This document shows positions 18,624 through 28,120 of a stretch of DNA of 64,000 nucleotides, piece after piece (position 1 is the stretch's first letter; each line of letters starts with the position of its first letter). This stretch comes from Candidatus Omnitrophota bacterium. Lineage in GTDB: Bacteria; Omnitrophota; Gorgyraeia; Zapsychrales; Zapsychraceae. The notes beneath the pieces were generated by a model, which saw nothing but the letters and a program-made list of their open reading frames with translations, did not search any database and was not told where the DNA came from. The stretch covers positions 1,358 through 65,357 of the forward strand of contig DAOWGP010000034.1 of assembly GCA_030637405.1 (NCBI GenBank), given 5' to 3'. A program made the translations under genes and the position numbers.

Positions 18624-19304
18624 TTATTTATTCTTATTAATGAGATCGGGACGGTTTTTCTTCGTCCGGATGCGAGATTGTTCTTTTCGCCACTTATTTA
18701 TGGCGCTATGATTCCCAGATAATAGCACATTTGGTATTGTCTTGCCACGAAAATTTGCGGGACGTGTATATTGCGGATAATCGAGCAAATTGTTCTCAAA
18801 GGACTCATCCGTAAGAGATTCGGCCGTCCCCAAGACCCCTGGCAAAAGACGCACAACACAATCGATCAGGACCATGGCCGGAAGCTCGCCTCCCGTTAAC
18901 ACATAATCCCCGATCGATAAGCGCTCACCGATCACCAGGTCATGCAGGCGGTCATCCACCCCCTCATAATGACCGCAAATGAGGATCAAGTTCCGCTCCT
19001 TGGCATATTTTTTTACAACCGGCTGCCGGAGGGGTTTTCCCGTAGGGCATAACAAAACCACTTTGGCCTTGCGGCGCCCCTTGATTTTTTTGACCGCATC
19101 ATAGATCGGTTTAGGCATCATCACCATACCCGGGCCTCCGCCAAACGGGCGGTCATCAACCTTTTTGTGTTTATCTTTGGTATATTTGCGCAGATCATGA
19201 ATATGGATAGATACCTTTTTCTTCGCCTGCGCGCGCTTGACGATCGATTCATTAAGAACGGGAACGAACATTTCGGGGAAAATTGTAATGACATCGATGC
19301 GCAC
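18624..19304 (-). CDS. trmD: tRNA (guanine-N1)-methyltransferase
   Basis: VDDRPFGGGPGM, CGHYEGVD, SIGDYVLTGGE, PQYTRP, SGNH. Confidence 0.96.
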   Translation of the reverse strand: MRIDVITIFPEMFVPVLNESIVKRAQAKKKVSIHIHDLRKYTKDKHKKVDDRPFGGGPGMVMMPKPIYDAVKKIKGRRKAKVVLLCPTGKPLRQPVVKKYAKERNLILICGHYEGVDDRLHDLVIGERLSIGDYVLTGGELPAMVLIDCVVRLLPGVLGTAESLTDESFENNLLDYPQYTRPANFRGKTIPNVLLSGNHSAINKWRKEQSRIRTKKNRPDLINKNK

Positions 19305-19316
19305 TTCACACTCCTC

Positions 19317-20453
19317 TCAAACAATGCTTGGTTCCAATTCTGATTTGTAGTTTTGTAAAAATTCCTTCTGAAACTCCTGATAACGGTCTTCGGCAATAGC
19401 CTCACGAATTTGCCTCATTAAATTAACATAGAAATACACGTTGTGAAAAGTAATAAGCTTCAGCCCCAGGATCTCATTGCTGTTCAGTAAATGGCGAATG
19501 TAACTGCGTGTATATTTCTTGCAAACACGGCACTCGCATGTCTTATCAATGGGTCCGAAATCCTTGGTATGCGTCGCGTTGCGCACAACGATGCGTCCTG
19601 CACGCGTGAATGCCGAACCATGACGACCGTAGCGCGTCGGTATGCATGTGTCGAACATATCAATTCCTTCACCGACCGCCTTGACAATTTGGTCCGGCAG
19701 GCCGATACCCATAAAGTACCGCGGCTTCTCCTCGGGCAAAAGCGGCATGACCCAATCGAGAGTCTCAAACATAACCGGTACCGGCTCGCCGACGCTCACC
19801 CCGCCGATCGCGTAACCGTCAAAGGCGATATCCATAAGTTCTCGCGCCGATTGCTCGCGCAAGTCTCGATACGTCGCGCCCTGAACAATGCCAAATTGAA
19901 ATTGATCGCCTTCCTTTTTTCGTGTCTTTAAGAAATATTCGCGGGACTGTCTGGCCCAAACGGTCGTGCGCTTGACCGATCTTTCGGCCTGCTCGCGGTC
20001 GCAGGGATACGGCGCGCATTCATCCAAAGGCATCATGATATCCGAACCGAGTACTCTTTGGATATCAACAACCTTTTCCGGCGTGAAGAATTGAACCGAA
20101 CCGTCATAATGCGATTGGAATTGGACACCTCCGTCAGTAAGCTTACGCAGTTTGGCAAGACTGAATACTTGATACCCACCGCTATCGGTCAAGATCGGCC
20201 CATCCCAGCTCATGAACTTATGCAAGCCGCCAGCCTCACCGATCACATCAAGCCCGGGACGCAGAAAAAGGTGATACGTATTCGACAAAACAATCTGCGT
20301 GTCAAATTCAAGTAAACTTTCAAACGAGAGCGTCTTGACCGTTCCGTTGGTCCCGACCGGCATAAAGAATGGCGAATCAATCACCCCATGGGCCGTCGTA
20401 AGTTTCCCTATCCGCGCTTTTGTATTTTTTTCTTGTTTTAATAATTCAAACAT
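19317..20453 (-). CDS. tgt: Queuine tRNA-ribosyltransferase
   Basis: FMPVGT, NTYHL, TDSGGYQVFSL, GIVQG, DMFD, CECRVC...HN Zn site. Confidence 0.96.
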   Translation of the reverse strand: MFELLKQEKNTKARIGKLTTAHGVIDSPFFMPVGTNGTVKTLSFESLLEFDTQIVLSNTYHLFLRPGLDVIGEAGGLHKFMSWDGPILTDSGGYQVFSLAKLRKLTDGGVQFQSHYDGSVQFFTPEKVVDIQRVLGSDIMMPLDECAPYPCDREQAERSVKRTTVWARQSREYFLKTRKKEGDQFQFGIVQGATYRDLREQSARELMDIAFDGYAIGGVSVGEPVPVMFETLDWVMPLLPEEKPRYFMGIGLPDQIVKAVGEGIDMFDTCIPTRYGRHGSAFTRAGRIVVRNATHTKDFGPIDKTCECRVCKKYTRSYIRHLLNSNEILGLKLITFHNVYFYVNLMRQIREAIAEDRYQEFQKEFLQNYKSELEPSIV

Positions 20454-20612
20454 CTTTTTAATCAAGTGAACGTCTAAAATAAAACCATACCCAATTAGCT
20501 GAAATGAATTCCCAGTCTTCTGGTCCTAATTGATTGAGTTTTTTGGTTGTTTTTTCCGCTCCGCCCCAAATAAAAACACATTTATACTCAAATTTTGTCA
20601 TTGTGCATTCTC

Positions 20613-20807
20613 TCATTTATTATACTTACAGAATTTAGACCCCTTTATCCCCGATAATATTAAGATAATGCCGACAATAATGGCCAAAATCTGGATCAAC
20701 CCGAAAACAGCCTCTCCCATAATTCCTGTCAGCAATCCCAAAGCAAGAACAATGATCCCGATAAACAAACAGCAATTGCATTTCTGTTTCTTGTTTTCAT
20801 CAGTCAT
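20613..20807 (-). CDS. Small two-helix membrane protein
   Basis: ATG at 20807 after AGGGAGG; two hydrophobic segments. Confidence 0.55.
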   Translation of the reverse strand: MTDENKKQKCNCCLFIGIIVLALGLLTGIMGEAVFGLIQILAIIVGIILILSGIKGSKFCKYNK

Positions 20808-20865
20808 GTTGCCCTCCCTTTTATTCCGACCGCACAAGGTCAGTTTAGGTTAAACAGACTACAAA

Positions 20866-21234
20866 TTACTCAGGCTTATGGCAAACAACTTCAATATTAT
20901 GCCCATCCGGGTCAAAGACAAATGCCGCGTAATAATCAGCATGGTAATTTTCTCTGATGCCCGGCGCTCCGTTATCTTTGCCACCGGCGGCAATAGCCGC
21001 TTCATAAAAACTGTCGACTTCCCTCCGGTTATCCGCGGCAAACGCGATGTGCGTCGGCTGCTGGACACCGCGGCCCACTCCAAACCAGAATTCCGGTTTG
21101 CCGCCCTTGCCAAAACCCGACCATCCCTCAAACTCCATAGCTTCTTCAACTCCTAATGGAGCCAGTGCTTTTGAATAAAAATCTTTACTTTGCGCGTGAT
21201 CCGAAACAGCTAATCCAATGTGATCAATAATCAT
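20866..21234 (-). CDS. VOC/glyoxalase family protein
   Basis: IDHIGLAVSD, HIAFAA, GGKDNGAPG, YYAAFVFDPDGHNIEVV. Confidence 0.9.
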   Translation of the reverse strand: MIIDHIGLAVSDHAQSKDFYSKALAPLGVEEAMEFEGWSGFGKGGKPEFWFGVGRGVQQPTHIAFAADNRREVDSFYEAAIAAGGKDNGAPGIRENYHADYYAAFVFDPDGHNIEVVCHKPE

Positions 21235-21280
21235 TTTTCACCTCCATTTCTCTATTCCTTCACATTAAAACTTAACACAA

Positions 21281-23050
21281 TTATCGATACGGCTCAAGAG
21301 CCTTTAAAAGATCGGGATTGATAAACCCGAGCTTCTTAGCCTTATCACAATATTCAACGGCCAATTTATATTGCTTTTTTTGCCAGTAAGAAATGGCCAA
21401 ATTACTATAGGCGCGCGCGTACGAAGGGTCTGTTTCAATCGCTTTTTTATAAAATGCTATAGCCTTTTCGTATCGGCCTGAACCATATTTAACAATGCCC
21501 ATGTTGTTATAGGCTTCCGCGTTGTCCGGATTAAGAACTACCGCACGCTCATAGACCTCCATGGCATCTTCAGATCTTCCGACGTCATGGTAGGCAACGC
21601 CAAGATTATTATGGGCCATAGAATGTTTCGGCGTAATTTCTACGGCTTTCTCGTAAAGAGCAATAGCCTCTTGTATTTTTCCGCTCTCATAATATATCAG
21701 GCCGAGGTTAGTATAGACATCCGAATACTCCGGATCAAGTTCAATCGCTTTTTTGTAGAGCTAACTCGCCTCGGTAGTTTTTCCCTGGTTGTGATATTGG
21801 TTGCCAAGATTAAAATGTACCCGCGCGCTGTCCGCCGAGTGCTTCAGGGTCAATCGGTACAAACTTATCGAATCTCTCCAATAAGCATTCTGCTTAAATG
21901 TGAGTATCGAATAAAAACCAATCGGTAATGCCGCAAGAACAATGCTCAATACTTGAAATGGCCTTCTTTCATAGAGAAGAATGAATCCTTTAGCCGCGAT
22001 TAAAAATATTCCAATCGACGGAATATAAAGCCAATGTTCAGCCATGTAGGCATTAAGCGGATAAAGATTTGAACTTGGAAGTAAAGCCAGAACAAACCAC
22101 AGGACAGAGAAAAAAATAATTCCATAGCCCTCTTTCTTCCTGACTGAAAAAACATAAGCCAACACGAAAAATAATATGACCGCTCCGGCGATGGCTCGTT
22201 GGTCGTTAAAGGCAAAAGTCCCGTTACCGTATTCCATATGCAGATTAAAAGGTGCCATCAAAAGCCGTGTGTAATTCAACAGCGCCACGAAAAACCCGGG
22301 AACCCTTTGTATAAACGTCGTTGGAAAAGTCTCAGATAATAACGACTTTAACAACGTGCATCGTAAGACAATATAGATGAGGCTGAGGCTCGCGATCGGC
22401 AGAAATTGTTTGAACTTAAACCGTACCTTGAAGCTGTAATGATACAGGATCAGGAGAAGAGGCAAAATCAAGCTGTTTTCCCTTGATAAAAGGGACAAAA
22501 TATAACTCGCGCATGCAAGCAGCAGAAACGAAAACCGCTCTGCGCGCAGATATTTGATATAGAATATAAAACAAAGAGGCAGAAAAAGCGCCGTCAATGA
22601 ATCCGCACGTCCCGAAATATAGCTGACCACTTCGGTGCGCGCCGGATGCGCAACGAACAAAAGGCCGGCCAAAAGAGCCATCAACCAGTTGTCATAAAAA
22701 AGGATGGCCAGCCAAAAGACCGCCAGCGCGGCAAAAACATGAAAAACAACATTGCTGAGATGATATCCCCGAACATCAAGTTTCCAAAGCGAATAATCCA
22801 TCATGTAGGTGATCATCTGCGATGGACGGAAAAAATTGTATTTTTTTCCAATACCGACGCCAAACTTGGCTCCTGCATCGGGGGTAAACATCCTTGGGAG
22901 ATTAGACCAATCACGGATATAGGTATTATCCCTCACTAAAACATTATCGTCCCAAAGAAATTCGCCATTGAGGGAATTGCTGTAAACCATAAATCCAAGT
23001 AGGATTATTAAAACCGTACTGATAATTATGTTCGTTCTTTTTCTAAGCAT
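21281..23050 (-). pseudogene. TMTC-like GT-C glycosyltransferase with C-terminal TPRs, interrupted by an in-frame TAG at 21761-21763
   Basis: EFLWDD, FFRP, GYHLSN, LFVAHP..TEVVSYISGR, SRE, AEHWLYIP; the frame continues past TAG as LYKKAIELDPEYSDVYTNLG... into ORF 21281-21619 (same frame). Confidence 0.8.
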
Positions 23051-23079
23051 AAATTCAATCCAGGCTCGTTAATGAACCC

Positions 23080-23102
23080 AAACAGACCCCGGGGGTCTGT
23101 TT
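23080..23102. repeat. Perfect palindrome AAACAGACCCC-G-GGGGTCTGTTT
   Basis: 11-bp arms with a 1-nt centre, at the stop codon of the YbhB-like gene. Confidence 0.7.
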
Positions 23103-23682
23103 AAGGTGATTTAGACTTCTCATACGTTCCCATCAGAACCGCTTCGGCAATAATATGCCCTTCCATTGCCGCTTCAACTTCTGCCTTTGTCGGATTGCCC
23201 ATTTCCTCTAAAGTTGTATCAAGCGCATACAATTTATGAAAATAGCGGTGCCGCCCAATAGGCGGGCACGGTCCACCATAGCCGGTTCTCTGCCAATCAT
23301 TGAGGCCGTCTCTTGCCCCGATGGGAATATCCTTTGATGTTGCGCCTTCCGGAAACCCAGTTGTGTCCGGTGGAATGTTATAAACAACCCAATGGATCCA
23401 TATCATTTTTGGAGCCGCGGGGTCCGGCGCATCCGGATCGTCAACGATCAGAACCAGGCTAACCGCATTTTCAGGCACACCTTCCCATTCTAAAGACGGC
23501 GCGATATCTTCCCCCTGGCAGGTATATTTTAACGGAATTTCCCCTTCGTGAACAAAAGCATTGGATTTAATTGAAAACAGCATATTCCCCTCCTTTGTAA
23601 AACCTAATCGGGTAGACATAAAAATTAAACAGCCGATTGCAAGCCCTGTTATGGTCCAGAAATAATTTTCGTATTTTTTCAT
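23101..23682 (-). CDS. YbhB/YbcL family (PEBP, Raf kinase inhibitor-like) protein
   Basis: YTCQG.D, DDPDAP, WIHWVVYNIP, YGGPCPP, HRYFHKLYALD; alternative start at 23583. Confidence 0.9.
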   Translation of the reverse strand: MKKYENYFWTITGLAIGCLIFMSTRLGFTKEGNMLFSIKSNAFVHEGEIPLKYTCQGEDIAPSLEWEGVPENAVSLVLIVDDPDAPDPAAPKMIWIHWVVYNIPPDTTGFPEGATSKDIPIGARDGLNDWQRTGYGGPCPPIGRHRYFHKLYALDTTLEEMGNPTKAEVEAAMEGHIIAEAVLMGTYEKSKSP

Positions 23683-23706
23683 AGCCCCTCTTTCTTTCCA
23701 ATTTTC

Positions 23707-24732
23707 TTAAATAATAAGCATCGCGTCGCCATAGCTGAAAAACCGGTATTTTTCTTTCACCGCTTCCCTGTATGCCCGAGCCATCAAATCTTTTGTTCCA
23801 AACGCGTATATTAACATTAAAAGCGTACTCAAAGGGAGATGAAAATTCGTCAGCAGAATATCAACCATTTGAAACTGAAAACCCGGGTAAATAAAAATAT
23901 CCGTGCTTCCCCGTAAAGCCGGGCGGGCGGCCGATCCTGCTTTCGCAACCGTTTCAAGGACCCGGCAGCTTGTGGTTCCAACCGCAACGACTTTCCGGTC
24001 CTTTGTCTTCGCGCCTCGAATCGCGCTCAATGTTTTGCTTGTTAGCGAATAATCCTCAACATGCATTTTATGCTTTGTGACATCCTCTTCTTCAACTGGC
24101 TTGAAAGTCGCGTAATTAATATGCAACGTCACTTTCTCAATGGCGTGACCATCTTTTTCAATACTTTTCAATAATCGGTTCGTGAAATGCAAGCCGGCTG
24201 TCGGCGAGGCCACCGATCCGGACTTTTGCGCATAAACCGTCTGATAATATTTTCGGTCAGCCGCACGATCCGGACGCTTGATATACGGTGGAAGCGGAAT
24301 ATGGCCGATTTTCTCCAATTGTTTCGAAATGTTTTTTTTATTAAACTTGACGATCCTGTTTTCCCAATCCTTGATCTTTGCGACAAGGTCTCCACCGTTA
24401 AAAACGATCCGGTCTTCATTTCTCAAACGCCGCAACGGGCGCAACAATGTCTTATACGAGTACCCATCGGATAGCCTCTTAAGCAGGAACACCTCGACCT
24501 TCCCACCGCTGCGTTCCCTCTTACCTAAAAGACGCGCAGGAACAACCCTGCTGTCATTAAGCACAATGCAGGAATTCTTAGGCAGATATTTTCTAATATT
24601 TGAAAAAGAATCGTGGATAATCCTCTTGCGATTCCGGTCAATCACCATTAATCGCGCTTGATCCCGCCGGTGAAGCGGATGCTGCGCAATCAAATTCCGC
24701 GGTAAGTTGTAATTAAAATCCTCTAGATTCAT
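23707..24732 (-). CDS. queA: S-adenosylmethionine:tRNA ribosyltransferase-isomerase
   Basis: FNYNLP..LIAQ, PLPPYI, YQTVYA, PTAGLHF, VGTTS, TNFHLP, FFSYGDAM. Confidence 0.96.
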   Translation of the reverse strand: MNLEDFNYNLPRNLIAQHPLHRRDQARLMVIDRNRKRIIHDSFSNIRKYLPKNSCIVLNDSRVVPARLLGKRERSGGKVEVFLLKRLSDGYSYKTLLRPLRRLRNEDRIVFNGGDLVAKIKDWENRIVKFNKKNISKQLEKIGHIPLPPYIKRPDRAADRKYYQTVYAQKSGSVASPTAGLHFTNRLLKSIEKDGHAIEKVTLHINYATFKPVEEEDVTKHKMHVEDYSLTSKTLSAIRGAKTKDRKVVAVGTTSCRVLETVAKAGSAARPALRGSTDIFIYPGFQFQMVDILLTNFHLPLSTLLMLIYAFGTKDLMARAYREAVKEKYRFFSYGDAMLII

Positions 24733-25898
24733 AATTCGGATATCTTAATAATCTTCGCTCCCGGATAATAGTATTCCAATATCCTTTTATATTCATAGCG
24801 TTTTTTTGCCATCTGATACACACCCCACTGGCACATCCCGACGCCATGCCCCCATCCGCGGCCGTTGACATCAAAATAATATCCTTTCATTTCAATATTA
24901 TAATAATTGCTTTTGAGCACATTCGGTCCGACAATATCGCGGAATTTTATTCCCGAAATGGTCGTTTCTTTTCCGTCACGCGTTTTTATTCTTAGATTTT
25001 TGATGCGACCGCTCTTCGTGCGGTCAAACACGGCAATTTCTTTGATCAGTCCCAGCTTAAATCCATTCGCGTTAAGTTTCTCCTGGACATCTTTAGAACG
25101 GAAATTCTTTTTCCACCGGTAATTGGGCATCCCCTTGCAAAACCCACATTGAACACCTTTTAACGGCGGAAGATCATTCTTCCATAATTCAGCTACATCT
25201 TCTGTATGACCACCGCAATTCGAATGAAAATAGGCAGGTAAAACTTTACCTTGATAAGAAAGAATCTGCCCGCGCGTGCGGTTTGCTGCAATATTCGTCC
25301 GATGCCGTTCGGCACTGCGTCCACCATAAACCTGTGAATAAATACCGCTCGTCACATCATACTCTTGCCCTTTTTTCTCGCTTATTTGGTAAAGCGCGTA
25401 TGTGCGTGTCGCAACAGCCTGGGCTTTAATCGCATTCATCGGCCAGCGGTGTGGAACTTCATGATATAAAACCCCTTTGACATAAGATTCCAAATCAAGG
25501 GTGTTAACAACAAGAATTTTGTCCTTTTCGGTAAGAATAATATCTATCTGATCCCGGTATCGCCGTTTTCTTCCCTTGTGATATATCGCCGCATCCCTTT
25601 TGGTAATAATACGTAATCGGCGGACACCATATTCTTTTCTGCCAATTCGAATCCCCCCCTGCTTAACCGTAACAGCACAGCGCTTCAGGCGCTTCCCGCC
25701 ATCCACATCTCCATTCGTTACCGGATCAATAATCTTGTATTTTCCCCGAATGGAGAAATCAAAGCCTTTTTCATTCTGCAGCACAGCCACACGAACCATA
25801 TCGCCTCGGCTGGAGACTTCCGAAAAAGAAATGCTGTTGACTGCAAAAGCATAAAGGCATACCGCAATAAGGAAATATCGGATTATTTTTGGTTCCAT
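24729..25898 (-). CDS. SpoIID/LytB domain protein (putative lytic transglycosylase)
   Basis: LESYVKGVL..EVP..WP..AIKAQAVATRTYA, QVYGG, GRGWGHGVGMCQWG, ILEYYYPG. Confidence 0.9.
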   Translation of the reverse strand: MEPKIIRYFLIAVCLYAFAVNSISFSEVSSRGDMVRVAVLQNEKGFDFSIRGKYKIIDPVTNGDVDGGKRLKRCAVTVKQGGIRIGRKEYGVRRLRIITKRDAAIYHKGRKRRYRDQIDIILTEKDKILVVNTLDLESYVKGVLYHEVPHRWPMNAIKAQAVATRTYALYQISEKKGQEYDVTSGIYSQVYGGRSAERHRTNIAANRTRGQILSYQGKVLPAYFHSNCGGHTEDVAELWKNDLPPLKGVQCGFCKGMPNYRWKKNFRSKDVQEKLNANGFKLGLIKEIAVFDRTKSGRIKNLRIKTRDGKETTISGIKFRDIVGPNVLKSNYYNIEMKGYYFDVNGRGWGHGVGMCQWGVYQMAKKRYEYKRILEYYYPGAKIIKISEL

Positions 25899-26098
25899 AG
25901 AAGAAATATGAGGCTTATAACAGCACTGATTAAAAGACATGTTGTAATCGGGATATACAGCGTAAAATTTTCCCTTTTGATCAGGATATCACCGGGTAAC
26001 CGTCCTATTCCGGGAATCCTTCCGAACATATGAAGGCATAGACCGGTTATGATTAAAGCAATACCGACGATAATAAGTGCTTTTGAAATATCTGTCAT
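25883..26098 (-). CDS. DUF2905 family small membrane protein
   Basis: GRLPGDI.I...NF..YIPITTCLLIS motif; typical ruvB-queA neighbour. Confidence 0.85.
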   Translation of the reverse strand: MTDISKALIIVGIALIITGLCLHMFGRIPGIGRLPGDILIKRENFTLYIPITTCLLISAVISLIFLLWNQK

Positions 26099-26102
26099 GT
26101 TA

Positions 26103-27131
26103 TTATGATTTCTGAGGTAAATCAGGACAGGAAGCACCCTTAATGTGCTTGATGGAAACATCTGTAAGTTCTCGACCGCGGGGCGTTCGCTTCAAGAATC
26201 CGATCTTTAAAAGATACGGCTCAATGACATCGACAAGCGTATCAACTTCTTCATTTAAGGTCGCCGCAAGCGTTTCAATGCCAACCGGACCTCCCCTGTA
26301 ATTGTCGTGTATAACCCCCAACAATTTTCGGTCGATATCATCCAACCCGCTTTGATCGATACGAAGCGTCTGCATTGCCTCGCCAACAATTTTCTCGGTG
26401 ATCTCACTATTAAGGGTCTTGACTTGCACATAATCCCTTACGCGGCGAAGAAGCCGGTTAGCAATCCGCGGGGTCCCGCGCGCCCGCCGGGATATCTCGA
26501 CAGCCGAAGACTGATCAATGATAACATTCAACTTTTTTGCCGAGCGCATCACAATTTCGGCCAGTTCTTCGGGCGCGTAAAATTCCAAATGATAAAATAT
26601 GCCGAAACGGTCTCGCAAAGGCGAGGACAACAGCCCGCTGCGTGTCGTTGCCCCGATCAATGTAAAAGGCTTCAAATTAAAATTGATCGTCTTAGCATAA
26701 GGCCCCTTATCAACTGTAAAATCGATCTTAAAGTTCTCCATGGCCGGATACAGGAACTCTTCAACAACTTTTGATAAACGGTGGATCTCATCGATAAAAA
26801 GAATATCGCCAACTTCAAGGTTCGTAAGGATACCAATGAGGTCCCCGGCGCGATCAATCGCAGGACCTGAAGTTACGGTGATCCGTGCTCCCATTTCATG
26901 GGCCACGATGTTCGCAAGCGATGTCTTTCCAAGCCCGGGCGGCCCGGAAAAAAGCATATGTTCAATTGGCTCTGCGCGCTGTTTCGCCGCCTGAATAGAA
27001 ACCTGAAGATTATTGATCACATCATTCTGCCCGACAAACTCGCTCACACAGGACGGGCGTAATGACAAACTATAGACTTGATCTTCATCCGTTTCCTGAT
27101 TAAATACGATTTTCCTCTTTTCGTCCATCAC
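26103..27131 (-). CDS. ruvB: Holliday junction branch migration helicase RuvB
   Basis: LRP..FVGQ, GPPGLGKT, FIDEIHR, GATTR, RGTPRIANRLL, EPYL, RTPRGR. Confidence 0.96.
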   Translation of the reverse strand: MMDEKRKIVFNQETDEDQVYSLSLRPSCVSEFVGQNDVINNLQVSIQAAKQRAEPIEHMLFSGPPGLGKTSLANIVAHEMGARITVTSGPAIDRAGDLIGILTNLEVGDILFIDEIHRLSKVVEEFLYPAMENFKIDFTVDKGPYAKTINFNLKPFTLIGATTRSGLLSSPLRDRFGIFYHLEFYAPEELAEIVMRSAKKLNVIIDQSSAVEISRRARGTPRIANRLLRRVRDYVQVKTLNSEITEKIVGEAMQTLRIDQSGLDDIDRKLLGVIHDNYRGGPVGIETLAATLNEEVDTLVDVIEPYLLKIGFLKRTPRGRELTDVSIKHIKGASCPDLPQKS

Positions 27132-27137
27132 GATTTC

Positions 27138-27905
27138 CTATGATTGCCTACCAGCATCTTCGGCAGTATCAATCGGCACCATATTGTCCTTATTACGCAA
27201 TATCTCGATATCTTCAAACGTCCGTTTTTGTACCGCCTCAATCTCCTTTAAACGGATAAGCTCAAGGATCGCCAAAAAAGTAACAACCATCTCAATCTTA
27301 CTTCTTGCCTTTCGAAACAGCTGGCTCAGCGAAACTTTCGATTCATCAAGCAGGCGGTGTAAAATATCATGGATTTTCTGCTCGACGGTGTATTCTTCAG
27401 CGATGATCTCATGAATGATCTCCTCGGGAACCTTGTTAAGGGCATCAGACAGAGCGTTAATCAGATCGAAAAGACTGGCTTCAAAAAAGATCTCTTTCGC
27501 GTCTTCCCTGAGCTGATTCTTGACCTCCTCGTCAACAGTCCGCGAAAAGAAATCTTTGCGCTTAAGCTCCTTCTCTTTCAGGGCATCCGCGATTTCCTTG
27601 AACTTTTTATATTCCTGAAGCCGGCGGACCAGCTCATCACGCGGGTCTTCCTCCTCGTCCTCCTCTTCCATCGGATCCGGCGGAAGAAGCATTCTTGACT
27701 TGATCTGCATAAGTGTTGCGGCCATCACAAGAAAATCACCGACAATATCCAGATCCAACATCTCCATCATCTTGATATATTCCATGTATTGCTTGGTAAT
27801 CTCGGCGATCGGAATGTCGCTGATATCAATGTCATTCTTCTTAATCAGATAAAGTAGCAGATCTAAAGGCCCTTCAAAGATGTCTAATTTGAGTTTATAT
27901 CCCAT
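27138..27905 (-). CDS. scpA: Segregation/condensation protein A (kleisin)
   Basis: FEGPLDLLLYLI, FLVMAATL..IKSRMLLP, TFLAILEL. Confidence 0.94.
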   Translation of the reverse strand: MGYKLKLDIFEGPLDLLLYLIKKNDIDISDIPIAEITKQYMEYIKMMEMLDLDIVGDFLVMAATLMQIKSRMLLPPDPMEEEDEEEDPRDELVRRLQEYKKFKEIADALKEKELKRKDFFSRTVDEEVKNQLREDAKEIFFEASLFDLINALSDALNKVPEEIIHEIIAEEYTVEQKIHDILHRLLDESKVSLSQLFRKARSKIEMVVTFLAILELIRLKEIEAVQKRTFEDIEILRNKDNMVPIDTAEDAGRQS

Positions 27906-27927
27906 AACATTCCTGTCTAATTATTAA

Positions 27928-28080
27928 AAACACCAAATCCCAAATGACAAAAAACAAATAATTCCGAAATCACAAATTCAAAATACCAAATTCTCATCTA
28001 TAAACAAGCTGTTTTGGTCATTGAGATTTGGTTGTTGGAATTTATTTGTCACTTGACGCTTGTTTTTTGGAATTTAAATT
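27928..28080. repeat. Imperfect inverted repeat built from degenerate heptamers (AAATnnC-like)
   Basis: aacacca-aatccca-aatgaca-aaaaaca...aaatcac-aaattca-aaatacc-aaattct mirrored by ttttggtcattgagatttggttgttggaattt...ttttttggaattt. Confidence 0.6.
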
Positions 28081-28120
28081 TCACGATTCATGCTGTTTTA
28101 TTTAGATACATATGGTTTTG

